From Bacteroidales bacterium (lineage in GTDB: Bacteria; Bacteroidota; Bacteroidia; Bacteroidales; ML635J-15): a DNA stretch of 36,430 nucleotides. The number at the start of each line of letters is the position of its first letter. The stretch's first letter is position 1. Below the pieces are notes generated by a model, which saw only the letters and a list, made by a program, of their open reading frames with translations, was not told where the DNA came from and ran no database searches. Both the position numbers and the translations under genes were made by a program. The DNA lies in the NCBI GenBank assembly GCA_028701945.1, contig JAQVPT010000002.1:1-36430 (forward strand), given 5' to 3'. Of this stretch, positions 9,710-17,766 are shown piece by piece.

Positions 9710-10468
9710 ATGAAAAACACAGAAGATTTAAAACTAGCAGTTCTTATAGATGCTGATAATATTCCATATTCAAATATTTCGGGCATGCTTGCAGAAATTG
9801 CGAAACTTGGTGTACCTACAATAAAAAGAATTTATGGTGATTGGACCAAACCAACAGTATCTGGTTGGAAGCCAGCTTTACTTGAGCACGCTATTACTCC
9901 TATTCAACAATATAGTTACACACAAGGAAAAAATGCTACCGACTCTGCAATGATAATTGACGCAATGGATATTTTGCATAGCGAAAAAGTTGATGGTTTT
10001 TGTCTTGTTTCAAGCGATAGTGATTTTACTCGACTTGCAACACGTTTGCGAGAATCGGGAATGCTTGTTGTTGGCATAGGAGAGAAAAAAACTCCCAGAC
10101 CATTTATTGTTGCTTGCGATAAATTTATATATATCGAGATTATTTCGAAATTAAATATTCAGAAAACAGAAAATTCTAAAAACGAAAAATCTCCTGACAA
10201 GGAAAAAAATGAAGACGTAGAAAAAATTAGTAATAATCTTATTAAAATTCTTAAAAACAGTGTCGAAGATATTGCTGATGACAGCGGATGGGCGTTTCTT
10301 GCAGAAGTTGGTGCACTAATAATTAAAAATAAACCCGATTTTGACCCAAGAAATTATGGGTTTACAAAATTAACTCCGCTTTTCAAGTCGCTTAATAAGT
10401 ATTTTGTAATTGATGAACGTGAGGTTGAAAAAACTCATATTAAACATATATTTATAAAATTGAAGTAA
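9710..10468 (+). CDS. NYN-domain (LabA-like, PIN-fold RNase) protein with a C-terminal OST-HTH/LOTUS domain
   Basis: NYN acidic motifs VLIDADN, GKNATDSAMIIDA and VSSDSDFTRLATRLRESG. The C-terminal GWAFLAEVGALIIKNKPDFDPRNYGFTKLTPLFKS is typical of OST-HTH. Confidence 0.85.
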   Translation: MKNTEDLKLAVLIDADNIPYSNISGMLAEIAKLGVPTIKRIYGDWTKPTVSGWKPALLEHAITPIQQYSYTQGKNATDSAMIIDAMDILHSEKVDGFCLVSSDSDFTRLATRLRESGMLVVGIGEKKTPRPFIVACDKFIYIEIISKLNIQKTENSKNEKSPDKEKNEDVEKISNNLIKILKNSVEDIADDSGWAFLAEVGALIIKNKPDFDPRNYGFTKLTPLFKSLNKYFVIDEREVEKTHIKHIFIKLK

Positions 10469-10488
10469 GACTCTTAACCTTGAGAAAA

Positions 10489-10860
10489 TTAACCGCAAAG
10501 GTCGCAAGGACAAAACGCAAAGGTCGCAAGTAAAGATTTAAGTACTCCGTGTAATTCTATGAAACTTTTTATTACCCCGAGCACCACAATCAAGACATTA
10601 AAAAGAAAATTACAAGAGGAGGGAATAATTTTTTGTGCACTTTGTGAGTCTTTTTTTACCACAAGAGACACAATGGAAAAGCACAAAGGACACAAGGGCA
10701 AAACGCAAAGGGCGCTAGTAAAGATTTAAATACTCCATGTAGTTCTATGAAAAACTTCATTATTACCCTGATGGTTACAAATGAAAGGATTGCAAGAGTC
10801 GATCACGAAGAACGTAAGGAGAAAAGCCACGGAACGCTAAAGTATATTTACAGCTTTTGT
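10489..10860. repeat. Intergenic 'word-repeat' element: a ~70-bp unit present twice (10511-10580 and 10699-10771) plus a degenerate third copy (~10831-10860), each preceded by duplicated GC-richer words
   Basis: The 15-mer CGCAAAGGTCGCAAG occurs at 10494-10508 and 10516-10530. CAAAACGCAAAGG(T/G)CGC(A/T)AGTAAAGATTTAA(G/A)TACTCC(G/A)TGTA(A/G)TTCTATGAAA recurs 188 bp later. The region lies between convergent genes. Confidence 0.7.
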
Positions 10861-10866
10861 TTTTTT

Positions 10867-12741
10867 TTAAAAACTCGTCAAGTTTTCAAGGATATTTGAA
10901 TGCGGCTCTAGTTGCATTTTTTTGCGAATACGGTACAAGCGTTTATTTATTCCGGCAGGTGAAATATTCATCATTTGAGCGATCTCTTTGTTGCTTAAAT
11001 TTATTTTTATATATGCACACACTTTAAGGTCGCCCTGGCTAAGCTCTGGATATTCTTTTTGAAGGTTATCGAAAAAATCTGTGTTTACTTTCTCAAAGTG
11101 TAATTTGAATTGATCCCAGTCTGAGTCTAAATTTATATTATCAGAAATCATCTTTGATAATACCTTATATGTACTTTTATTTTTAGGCTCATCGACGATT
11201 AAGGTGCTTAAATATTGTTTTATTTCGCTAAGAGTTTTGTTTTTATTTAACACTTGAACGGTTGTTGTAACTAATTCTCTTTTGCTATGATCTAACTCAG
11301 CCTCAAATTTTGTTTTTTGTAATTCGTTAATTTGTTGTTGCGTTTTTATTTCTTTTTCTAATAGCTTTCGTTCTGTCTTTTGTTGTTCCAGTTTCAATTG
11401 ATTAAAAATTTCAAGTTGCTCATAATAGTCTTTTTGGCTACTTAGTAGTCGGATTTTAGTTCTGAGAAAAAAGAATAATAGTGCTACAAAAATTACAAGT
11501 GCCGAAACTATAATAATCAATAAATAATTATGTGTCTTTTTAATTTCGGTCTCTTTTTTAAGTATAGTTATTTCTTTATCCTTCTTTTCGGTTTCGTACT
11601 TTATGTTTAGCTCCGATATTAATGTTTTTGTATTGTCATCTAAAATAGAGTCGCGTAAAGCGATATGTTGTTGGTATAATATGAGAGCGTTTTTAAAGTC
11701 TCCACTTTCGGCATAAACTGACGATAATTGATTTAGAACTTCTGTTTGGGCACTAAGGTTTCCTACATCTTTTCTTAATTCTAAGCTTTCGTTTAAAAGT
11801 TTAAGGGCATTGCTAAATTCACCTTTTTGTGTTAATCTTTTCGCCTTTTCGCTATAAACATTAGCTATACCATGGATATTATTTGTGTGTTTATAAAATA
11901 TTAAAGCAGAGTCGATATATAAATCTGCTAATTTTTCATTTTCAATACTTTCATACAAAATAGCTGTGTTAAGATATGCTGTTGCAGCTTCGGATGTTCT
12001 GTTGTAATCAATAAATATCTCAATAGCTTTTTTGAGGTAGTATGCAGCCGTATCGATATTCTCTTTTTCCACATAATGTGTGGCAAGATTATTATATACA
12101 TTTGCTTTGCCTTCGACAACTTTTGCTAGATCAAAATATTTTAATGATTTGTTGTAATTAATGAGAGCATCTTCTTTTAACCCTAAAGCATCGTTTATGA
12201 CGGCTAAATTATTTAGGACCTCTGCCATTCCTTTGAACTGACCAGTTGCTTCGTATATTTTTAATGCCTGATAATAAAGATTCGCGGAAGTTGAATAATC
12301 ACTTTTTGCTTCGTTTATTAAGCCTAGTCTGTTTAGTGCTGCCGCAATCTCATTTTTGTTCCTTGTTTTGCTAATGCTGTGATATGATTTTTCAAAAAAA
12401 TACAAAGCTGAGTCTAAATCACCTTGAAAATAGTGTGAATTTGCAAGATTTACGTAAGAGTTTGAAATAATATAATGGTCAGAAATGCTCTGCCCAATTA
12501 TTCTAGCACTGTCGGCATACTTTTGTGAGGTAAAAATATCTTTATCAAGGTATTTGTCCGCAAGTTTATTGTATATTATAGCTTTCTCTTTTTGATTGTA
12601 TGTGGACTCTGCCATTAAGTGAAGGCTGTCTAATTGCGAAAAACTAGTGAGTGACTGCAATATTAAAGTAGTAAAAACAATCATAATCATCACAAAATGA
12701 TTTATGTGCAAGGCTGATATGTTTTTGTTAATCGCAGACAT
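10867..12741 (-). CDS. TPR-repeat / transmembrane / LuxR(GerE)-type HTH transcriptional regulator
   Basis: N-terminal signal/anchor, then about 9 TPR-like units (repeated A..Y.NLA..Y pattern). A TM helix (LLIIIVSALVIFVALLFFFL) and a coiled coil follow. C-terminal HTH: LSNKEIAQMMNISPAGINKRLYRIRKKM. Confidence 0.85.
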   Translation of the reverse strand: MSAINKNISALHINHFVMIMIVFTTLILQSLTSFSQLDSLHLMAESTYNQKEKAIIYNKLADKYLDKDIFTSQKYADSARIIGQSISDHYIISNSYVNLANSHYFQGDLDSALYFFEKSYHSISKTRNKNEIAAALNRLGLINEAKSDYSTSANLYYQALKIYEATGQFKGMAEVLNNLAVINDALGLKEDALINYNKSLKYFDLAKVVEGKANVYNNLATHYVEKENIDTAAYYLKKAIEIFIDYNRTSEAATAYLNTAILYESIENEKLADLYIDSALIFYKHTNNIHGIANVYSEKAKRLTQKGEFSNALKLLNESLELRKDVGNLSAQTEVLNQLSSVYAESGDFKNALILYQQHIALRDSILDDNTKTLISELNIKYETEKKDKEITILKKETEIKKTHNYLLIIIVSALVIFVALLFFFLRTKIRLLSSQKDYYEQLEIFNQLKLEQQKTERKLLEKEIKTQQQINELQKTKFEAELDHSKRELVTTTVQVLNKNKTLSEIKQYLSTLIVDEPKNKSTYKVLSKMISDNINLDSDWDQFKLHFEKVNTDFFDNLQKEYPELSQGDLKVCAYIKINLSNKEIAQMMNISPAGINKRLYRIRKKMQLEPHSNILENLTSF

Positions 12742-13279
12742 AAGTTCGTAATTTAACGCTTATGGATTGTCAAACAACGGCGAATTACAGAGCAATCAGC
12801 GAAGCTAACCCTCACTTCCAAAGGAAGTAATAAATCAGTCAATTTGACTTGCTCTTTTGCTGTTTCTCTTTATTAGAAAATTAGCAAAGAAACACAAGCT
12901 GCTGGCTGAATTATGCGTCTCGAAAAAGAAAAAAACACCTTCGTCAATTCTGCATACTTTATTATTTGACAAACCCTTATCCGACAAATATAAGTAAGAT
13001 TTATTTAAATTAAGTGGAAAATGAAAAATAGATGCTGAGTTTAATCCCAAATGTTCTTGTAAATGATAATGACATACAAAAAAAATCATTAACTTTATAT
13101 TTTTAGTGGAGGATTAAAACAGCGAATACAATAGACGGGCTTATCGAAGAGTTTGCGGACAACTTCGAAGGTGCAGAAATTAACAAGGTCCTTGTAAGCA
13201 AAATAGCAGATTTACAAGAGTCTGTTTCAATACTTGAATCATAAAAAACAATTAGGAGATTCTTGAAAAGACCATTTTG

Positions 13280-13503
13280 CACCTAACGCCCTTGACGCAA
13301 ATTTGATGAAAAGCAGGGATGAAATTTACTTATGATAAAGAAAAAGATTAGTATCAATGTTCGCAAGGAAAAACATTAAACCAAAAAAAAGTTGAAGCAT
13401 TCCTTATAATATTTATCGTTGTGAGGATCGCGTAGAATGTCCTTTAAAAGCAAAATGTGCAAAATCAAAACCGGGACGTATGATTAAACAAAATGTTGAT
13501 TAA
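13280..13503 (+). pseudogene. Decayed IS1182/IS5-like DDE transposase C-terminal fragment (in-frame stop plus frameshift)
   Basis: Translation gives ..LDANLMKSRDE.. (cf. DPDAR.MK), then KFTYDKEKD*YQCSQGKTLNQKK. After a frameshift it reads YRCEDRVECPLKAKCAKSKPGRMIKQNVD*. This is the Cys-rich 'C..CPLK.KCTKSK.GR.I' tail typical of this transposase group. Weaker remnants may extend back to ~13030. Confidence 0.6.
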
Positions 13504-13516
13504 ACCCTAAAACTTT

Positions 13517-14032
13517 TTAATAGAAAAAATATCCTACAAGAAAAACCACAATTCCAACAAAACATATTACTAATATAGAATATGTGGCAATTTTACTGGA
13601 TTTGGTTTTCTTTTTAAGGTCATATTCGCTTATTAATCGGGATATAAGGGGATATAAACGAACAAAGTACTGTGAGTCTTTTTTAATAAATGCTGCTGGT
13701 TTAATATTACTTGTAGTAGCTTTTAATTCAATGTTCTCACTATCGGCAAAAATTATTACCTGAATATCCTTATCTACACTTTTGATTGCTGGCAACACCT
13801 CCAAGGCAGTTTTGGTATTCATGCCTCTCGAAGTTATAATATTATCAATAATAACAATCTTGTAACTTTTAATCTTGACATCGTTCTTTAATTTATTCAT
13901 AAACATCTGCACCGAATTAAAAGTATATAAGGTATAATTTAGCTCCGGTTTAAAGTTCTCACGAAAGAAGTCAAGGTCGAGAACATCGTTATCAACACAA
14001 TAAAAGATAATATGTTTAATGTTTTTTTTCAT
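13517..14032 (-). CDS. Single-domain CheY-like receiver protein with a C-terminal transmembrane anchor
   Basis: Receiver-like beta/alpha pattern: IIFYCVDNDV (acidic pair), KIVIIDNII (putative phospho-Asp), VIIFADS and AAFIKKD (Lys). The last ~25 aa are hydrophobic (ILVICFVGIVVFLVGYFF). The start overlaps the upstream stop (TAATG). Confidence 0.55.
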   Translation of the reverse strand: MKKNIKHIIFYCVDNDVLDLDFFRENFKPELNYTLYTFNSVQMFMNKLKNDVKIKSYKIVIIDNIITSRGMNTKTALEVLPAIKSVDKDIQVIIFADSENIELKATTSNIKPAAFIKKDSQYFVRLYPLISRLISEYDLKKKTKSSKIATYSILVICFVGIVVFLVGYFFY

Positions 14033-14919
14033 TAAAAGTTTTCTGAAGGTCTTCGGCGTTTAATAGTATTTATATGATTATTTCGCTTATAATTTATTGC
14101 TTTTTCAGGATCGATATCACTAATTAAATGCCATCTTCCAGCCCTAAAACTAAATGCGTCATACGAAAAATCGGGGCCATAATACTGGTAAAGTCCTTTA
14201 TATTTAGCCTCTGGGGGAGACAAATGGTCGAGTACAATCATATTCTGTTGTTTGTTATATCTCAATAACATCGTAGCTCTGTCTGCATACTCAAATATCA
14301 AACGTCCAGTTACTGTTTTTTCGAGTTTAAATGATTTGTTTCCGAATTCCGGCATTCCTCTTCGGTCAAATGTTAGTACCTCAACAACTTTTCTATTGAT
14401 TAAAAAATCTGCTCCGTCCCAACCTATTAGCGTATAAAATGTTCTGGAGTTCCATTTTGTTGTGATAATTTCGTAATAAAGAGCACCATACCACTCCGAA
14501 TAAGTTTGATACAGCCTTTTTAACTCATTATCAGTCTGTTTTTTATCGTCAAGAAAGAAAACATAGCTATTATCCTTATCTTTATATTGCAAAAATCCAA
14601 AATACTTAAAACTTCCATCTTTATAATTAAGATTCCATGTAAACACCCTTAGTTTACCATCATCTGATTTTAATACACCCAAGTATTTAACCGAATCGTA
14701 TTCAGCTGACCAAGATTCTTCAGTTTCAAGAAATTCCCGAAAATATCCCACCAAATAAGCATTTAATTCATTTTTATTGATGTCTGATTTTGTTTGTAAT
14801 ATACTGCAAAGCATTTGGTTTATTGAATCGACCTCAGGAAAGTAAACAGGTTTCTTTGTCTGCCCAACAATTGATAGTGCAGATAACAAAACAAATAATA
14901 TGGTTATTTTAAAATTCAT
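14032..14919 (-). CDS. Secreted protein of unknown function (295 aa)
   Basis: Signal peptide MNFKITILFVLLSALSIVGQ. Long uninterrupted ORF translationally coupled to the downstream gene. No recognisable catalytic motif. Confidence 0.7.
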   Translation of the reverse strand: MNFKITILFVLLSALSIVGQTKKPVYFPEVDSINQMLCSILQTKSDINKNELNAYLVGYFREFLETEESWSAEYDSVKYLGVLKSDDGKLRVFTWNLNYKDGSFKYFGFLQYKDKDNSYVFFLDDKKQTDNELKRLYQTYSEWYGALYYEIITTKWNSRTFYTLIGWDGADFLINRKVVEVLTFDRRGMPEFGNKSFKLEKTVTGRLIFEYADRATMLLRYNKQQNMIVLDHLSPPEAKYKGLYQYYGPDFSYDAFSFRAGRWHLISDIDPEKAINYKRNNHINTIKRRRPSENF

Positions 14920-14975
14920 TAAAAGCTTTACACTAATACTAACGTAAAGAAGTCAAAATATTTTACAAATCTAAA

Positions 14976-16160
14976 TTAAATTTGATTTAAAGCTTCAATA
15001 ATTAGCTCACAAGCTTCGATAATTTCATCATTACTAATATTTAGAGGAGGTGCAATTCTAAAAGCTGTATCATAAAAAATAAACCAATCTGTAATAAAGC
15101 CAAGTTCAATCCCATTTTTGACAAGTTTAAGAACATTATCAAAACTTCCGATATTTACTGCTAATAAAAGACCATTTCCCCGTATTTCGGTAATTAACTT
15201 ATGCTTAAGGTGTTTTCGAAACAATTGTTCCTTTTCAACCACCTTATTTACCAATCCAGATTCATTAATATGCTTAATGGCAGCCAAAGAAGCCGCAGCA
15301 CTTACAGGGTGTCCGCCGAAAGTAGTAATATGTCCGAGTGTAGGATTTGTTTTAAAGCTATCCATAATATTTTTTGGTGCGACAAATGCTCCTATTGGCA
15401 TTCCGCCACCCATTGCTTTTGCAAAACAAACAATATCTGGTACTATATCGTAATTTTGGAAACCAAACATTTTGCCCGTTCTACCAAAGCCCGTTTGTAT
15501 TTCGTCAAGAATAAGCAGTGCACCATTTAGCTTGCATTTATCAGCGAGCTTTTTTATGTATTTTTTTTCGGGAATCTGAACTCCAGCTTCAGCTTGTATT
15601 GTTTCTAAAATCACACAAGCAGTATTTTCATCAATCTCATCAAGCTGTGCGTAATTATTCAGTTCTAAAAAATAAACTTCGGGCAATAATGGTCTAAAAG
15701 CGAATTTAAAATCTTCGTTTCCACATACACTAATAGCTCCGTGCGAACTACCATGATATGCATTATTGTATGCAATCATTTTAGTTCTGCCCGTGTATCT
15801 TTTTGCAAGTTTAATCGCACCTTCAACAGCTTCGCTACCACTATTTACGAAATAAACTGAATTTAGATTTTTAGGTAACATTTCAGCAAGATACACTGAC
15901 AATTGCACTTGCGGATTTTGGATAAACTCACCATAAACCATCAAATGCATGTGCTTATCTAGTTGGTTTTTAACAGCTTCAACTATTGGTTTAAAATTGT
16001 GTCCTAATGAGTTTACTGAAACACCCGAAATAAGATCTATATATTTTTTATTATCTAGACCATACAAATAAATGCCTACAGCTCTTTCAATTTCAACTAA
16101 ATATGGGCTATCAGAAGTTTGTCCTAAGTAATTAAGGAAAAGTTCACGATTAGTAATCAT
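14976..16160 (-). CDS. Class-III PLP-dependent aminotransferase (acetylornithine/ornithine/GABA aminotransferase family)
   Basis: SGSEAVEGAIKLAK, LILDEIQTGFGRTGKMF, and the Schiff-base Lys context CFAKAMGGGMPIGA. Confidence 0.9.
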   Translation of the reverse strand: MITNRELFLNYLGQTSDSPYLVEIERAVGIYLYGLDNKKYIDLISGVSVNSLGHNFKPIVEAVKNQLDKHMHLMVYGEFIQNPQVQLSVYLAEMLPKNLNSVYFVNSGSEAVEGAIKLAKRYTGRTKMIAYNNAYHGSSHGAISVCGNEDFKFAFRPLLPEVYFLELNNYAQLDEIDENTACVILETIQAEAGVQIPEKKYIKKLADKCKLNGALLILDEIQTGFGRTGKMFGFQNYDIVPDIVCFAKAMGGGMPIGAFVAPKNIMDSFKTNPTLGHITTFGGHPVSAAASLAAIKHINESGLVNKVVEKEQLFRKHLKHKLITEIRGNGLLLAVNIGSFDNVLKLVKNGIELGFITDWFIFYDTAFRIAPPLNISNDEIIEACELIIEALNQI

Positions 16161-16852
16161 TTTCGTTTTGTCCTTTTAAGTATTTCTTCTTCAATATGTT
16201 TTGGTACCATAACACCATCTAAGGGATAGACATCATCAAACAGTAAATTTCCCTCTTTTACATTTGTAACCTTTTCAATATTAACAAATTTTCCAGTATC
16301 AATTTGAATAAATCCTGAATTCGCAGCAATAATATTAAGATCTATTATGTCATTTTTAAGATTATATGTTTTATTTCTTGTAAATATTATATGCTTATTG
16401 CCCGAAGTATCAATTAATACGATATCCTTTAATTTTATTCTCTCAAATTCATTTTTAAGTTTAACAAAAAACCTATCGTTTTCAGCATCTAATACAATAT
16501 TATTGTTTCTTTCTATGCTTTTGTACACTGATTTTAAAAATCTGTTATACTCAATCGGTTTAAGTAAATAGTCCGTAACTCCGAAAGCAAATGTATCAAG
16601 AGCATATTTTCTATCTCCCGAAACGACAATGATTTGGTATTTGGTTTTATATTCCTCAAGATATTCTAATCCACTCATTTCGGGCATTTCGATATCAAGG
16701 AAAATAAGGTCTATGTTATTGTTTTGTATTGCATCAAACGCTTGTATAGGATTACTGTACATCCCTTTAATATTTAATAGATCTGATTTATAAATAAACG
16801 TACTGAGTTGTTTCAGAATAATTGGGTCGTCGTCTATAATAATACAATTCAT
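16157..16852 (-). CDS. LytTR/AlgR-family response regulator (receiver + LytTR DNA-binding domain)
   Basis: Receiver motifs IIIDDD, DLIFLDIEMPEMSG and LLKP. The ~100-aa C-terminal domain has a typical LytTR layout. The stop overlaps the aminotransferase start (ATGA at 16157-16160). No histidine kinase gene is present in the window. Confidence 0.9.
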   Translation of the reverse strand: MNCIIIDDDPIILKQLSTFIYKSDLLNIKGMYSNPIQAFDAIQNNNIDLIFLDIEMPEMSGLEYLEEYKTKYQIIVVSGDRKYALDTFAFGVTDYLLKPIEYNRFLKSVYKSIERNNNIVLDAENDRFFVKLKNEFERIKLKDIVLIDTSGNKHIIFTRNKTYNLKNDIIDLNIIAANSGFIQIDTGKFVNIEKVTNVKEGNLLFDDVYPLDGVMVPKHIEEEILKRTKRK

Positions 16853-16914
16853 AAAGTAAAGTCTAGCTGATCATATAATATATACGTTTTAGACAGTAAA
16901 ATGTTTTCAAATCA

Positions 16915-17715
16915 TCAAATAAGCTTTATTATTTCTACATAAGGATAAAAATCACCAACTTTAAACAATTTAGAGACGATATTATTAATAGCAGTTGTGT
17001 CTTTTGAGGCAAAAAAACTTAATTTTTGAACATGTTGAATTGAATTTATCATCTTATTTATCATCAAAACGTCTTTTGTCCGACGTGCGACCGCTTCACC
17101 AGAGTGAATTATTTTCATATTATCACCAACTATTGCTAACATCGCATCATAAAATAATGGATAATGAGTACAACCTAAAACCAATTGATCGACATTAGCA
17201 TTTTTCATTGGGATGATATATTTGAACAAAAGCTCATCGACTTTTTCTCCTTCAAAAATTGCATTCTCGGCTAATTCTACAAGTCCTTTTGCTACTTGCA
17301 GATGAATTTTTACATAATCTTTGTATTTTTCGCTTGTGTTTTTAAAATGATTGCCAAGAAAAGTTCCTTTTGTAGCTAATACTCCTATATGCCCAGTTTT
17401 TGTTAGCAGACAAGCAGGTTTTACTGCAGGTTCAAGCCCGACAATTGGTAAATTGTATTTTTTTCTCATGATATTAATTGCAGCGGCTGTTGCAGTATTG
17501 CAAGCTACAACAATTAATTTACAATCTAACGAGATAAGGAATTCTATAATATTAGCTGAAAGATTAACTATTTCGGTTTTTGATTTATTACCATAAGGAG
17601 CATTTGCAGAATCTGCAAAATACACAAAACTCTCGTTAGGCAACAGTTTAGTAAGTTCTTTTAATACTGTCAGCCCACCTACGCCACTATCAAAAACACC
17701 AATTGGTTTATTCAT
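16915..17715 (-). CDS. murI: Glutamate racemase
   Basis: IGVFDSGVGGLTV, VVACNTATA and LGCTHYP motifs. Confidence 0.95.
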   Translation of the reverse strand: MNKPIGVFDSGVGGLTVLKELTKLLPNESFVYFADSANAPYGNKSKTEIVNLSANIIEFLISLDCKLIVVACNTATAAAINIMRKKYNLPIVGLEPAVKPACLLTKTGHIGVLATKGTFLGNHFKNTSEKYKDYVKIHLQVAKGLVELAENAIFEGEKVDELLFKYIIPMKNANVDQLVLGCTHYPLFYDAMLAIVGDNMKIIHSGEAVARRTKDVLMINKMINSIQHVQKLSFFASKDTTAINNIVSKLFKVGDFYPYVEIIKLI

Positions 17716-17742
17716 AAAAAAATCCCGTCTTAAAACGGGATT
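17716..17742 (-). terminator. Rho-independent terminator after the downstream skp/ompH gene
   Basis: The minus strand reads AATCCCGT-TTTAAG-ACGGGATT followed by TTTTTTT. The stem is 17722-17728 / 17735-17741. The U-tract runs directly into the murI ATG (17715). Confidence 0.6.
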
Positions 17743-17766
17743 AAAAGTAAGAAAAATATTTTGATT

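Noticed and set aside
10489-10701. 70-aa minus-strand ORF (MPLCPLCFSIV...)
   Set aside because: It is read entirely through the word-repeat element. The Cys/Leu-rich sequence is a translation artefact of the duplicated words.
12835-13089. 84-aa minus-strand ORF
   Set aside because: No signal peptide, motif or plausible start context. It lies in the AT-rich region that probably holds further transposase debris on the other strand, so it is likely spurious.
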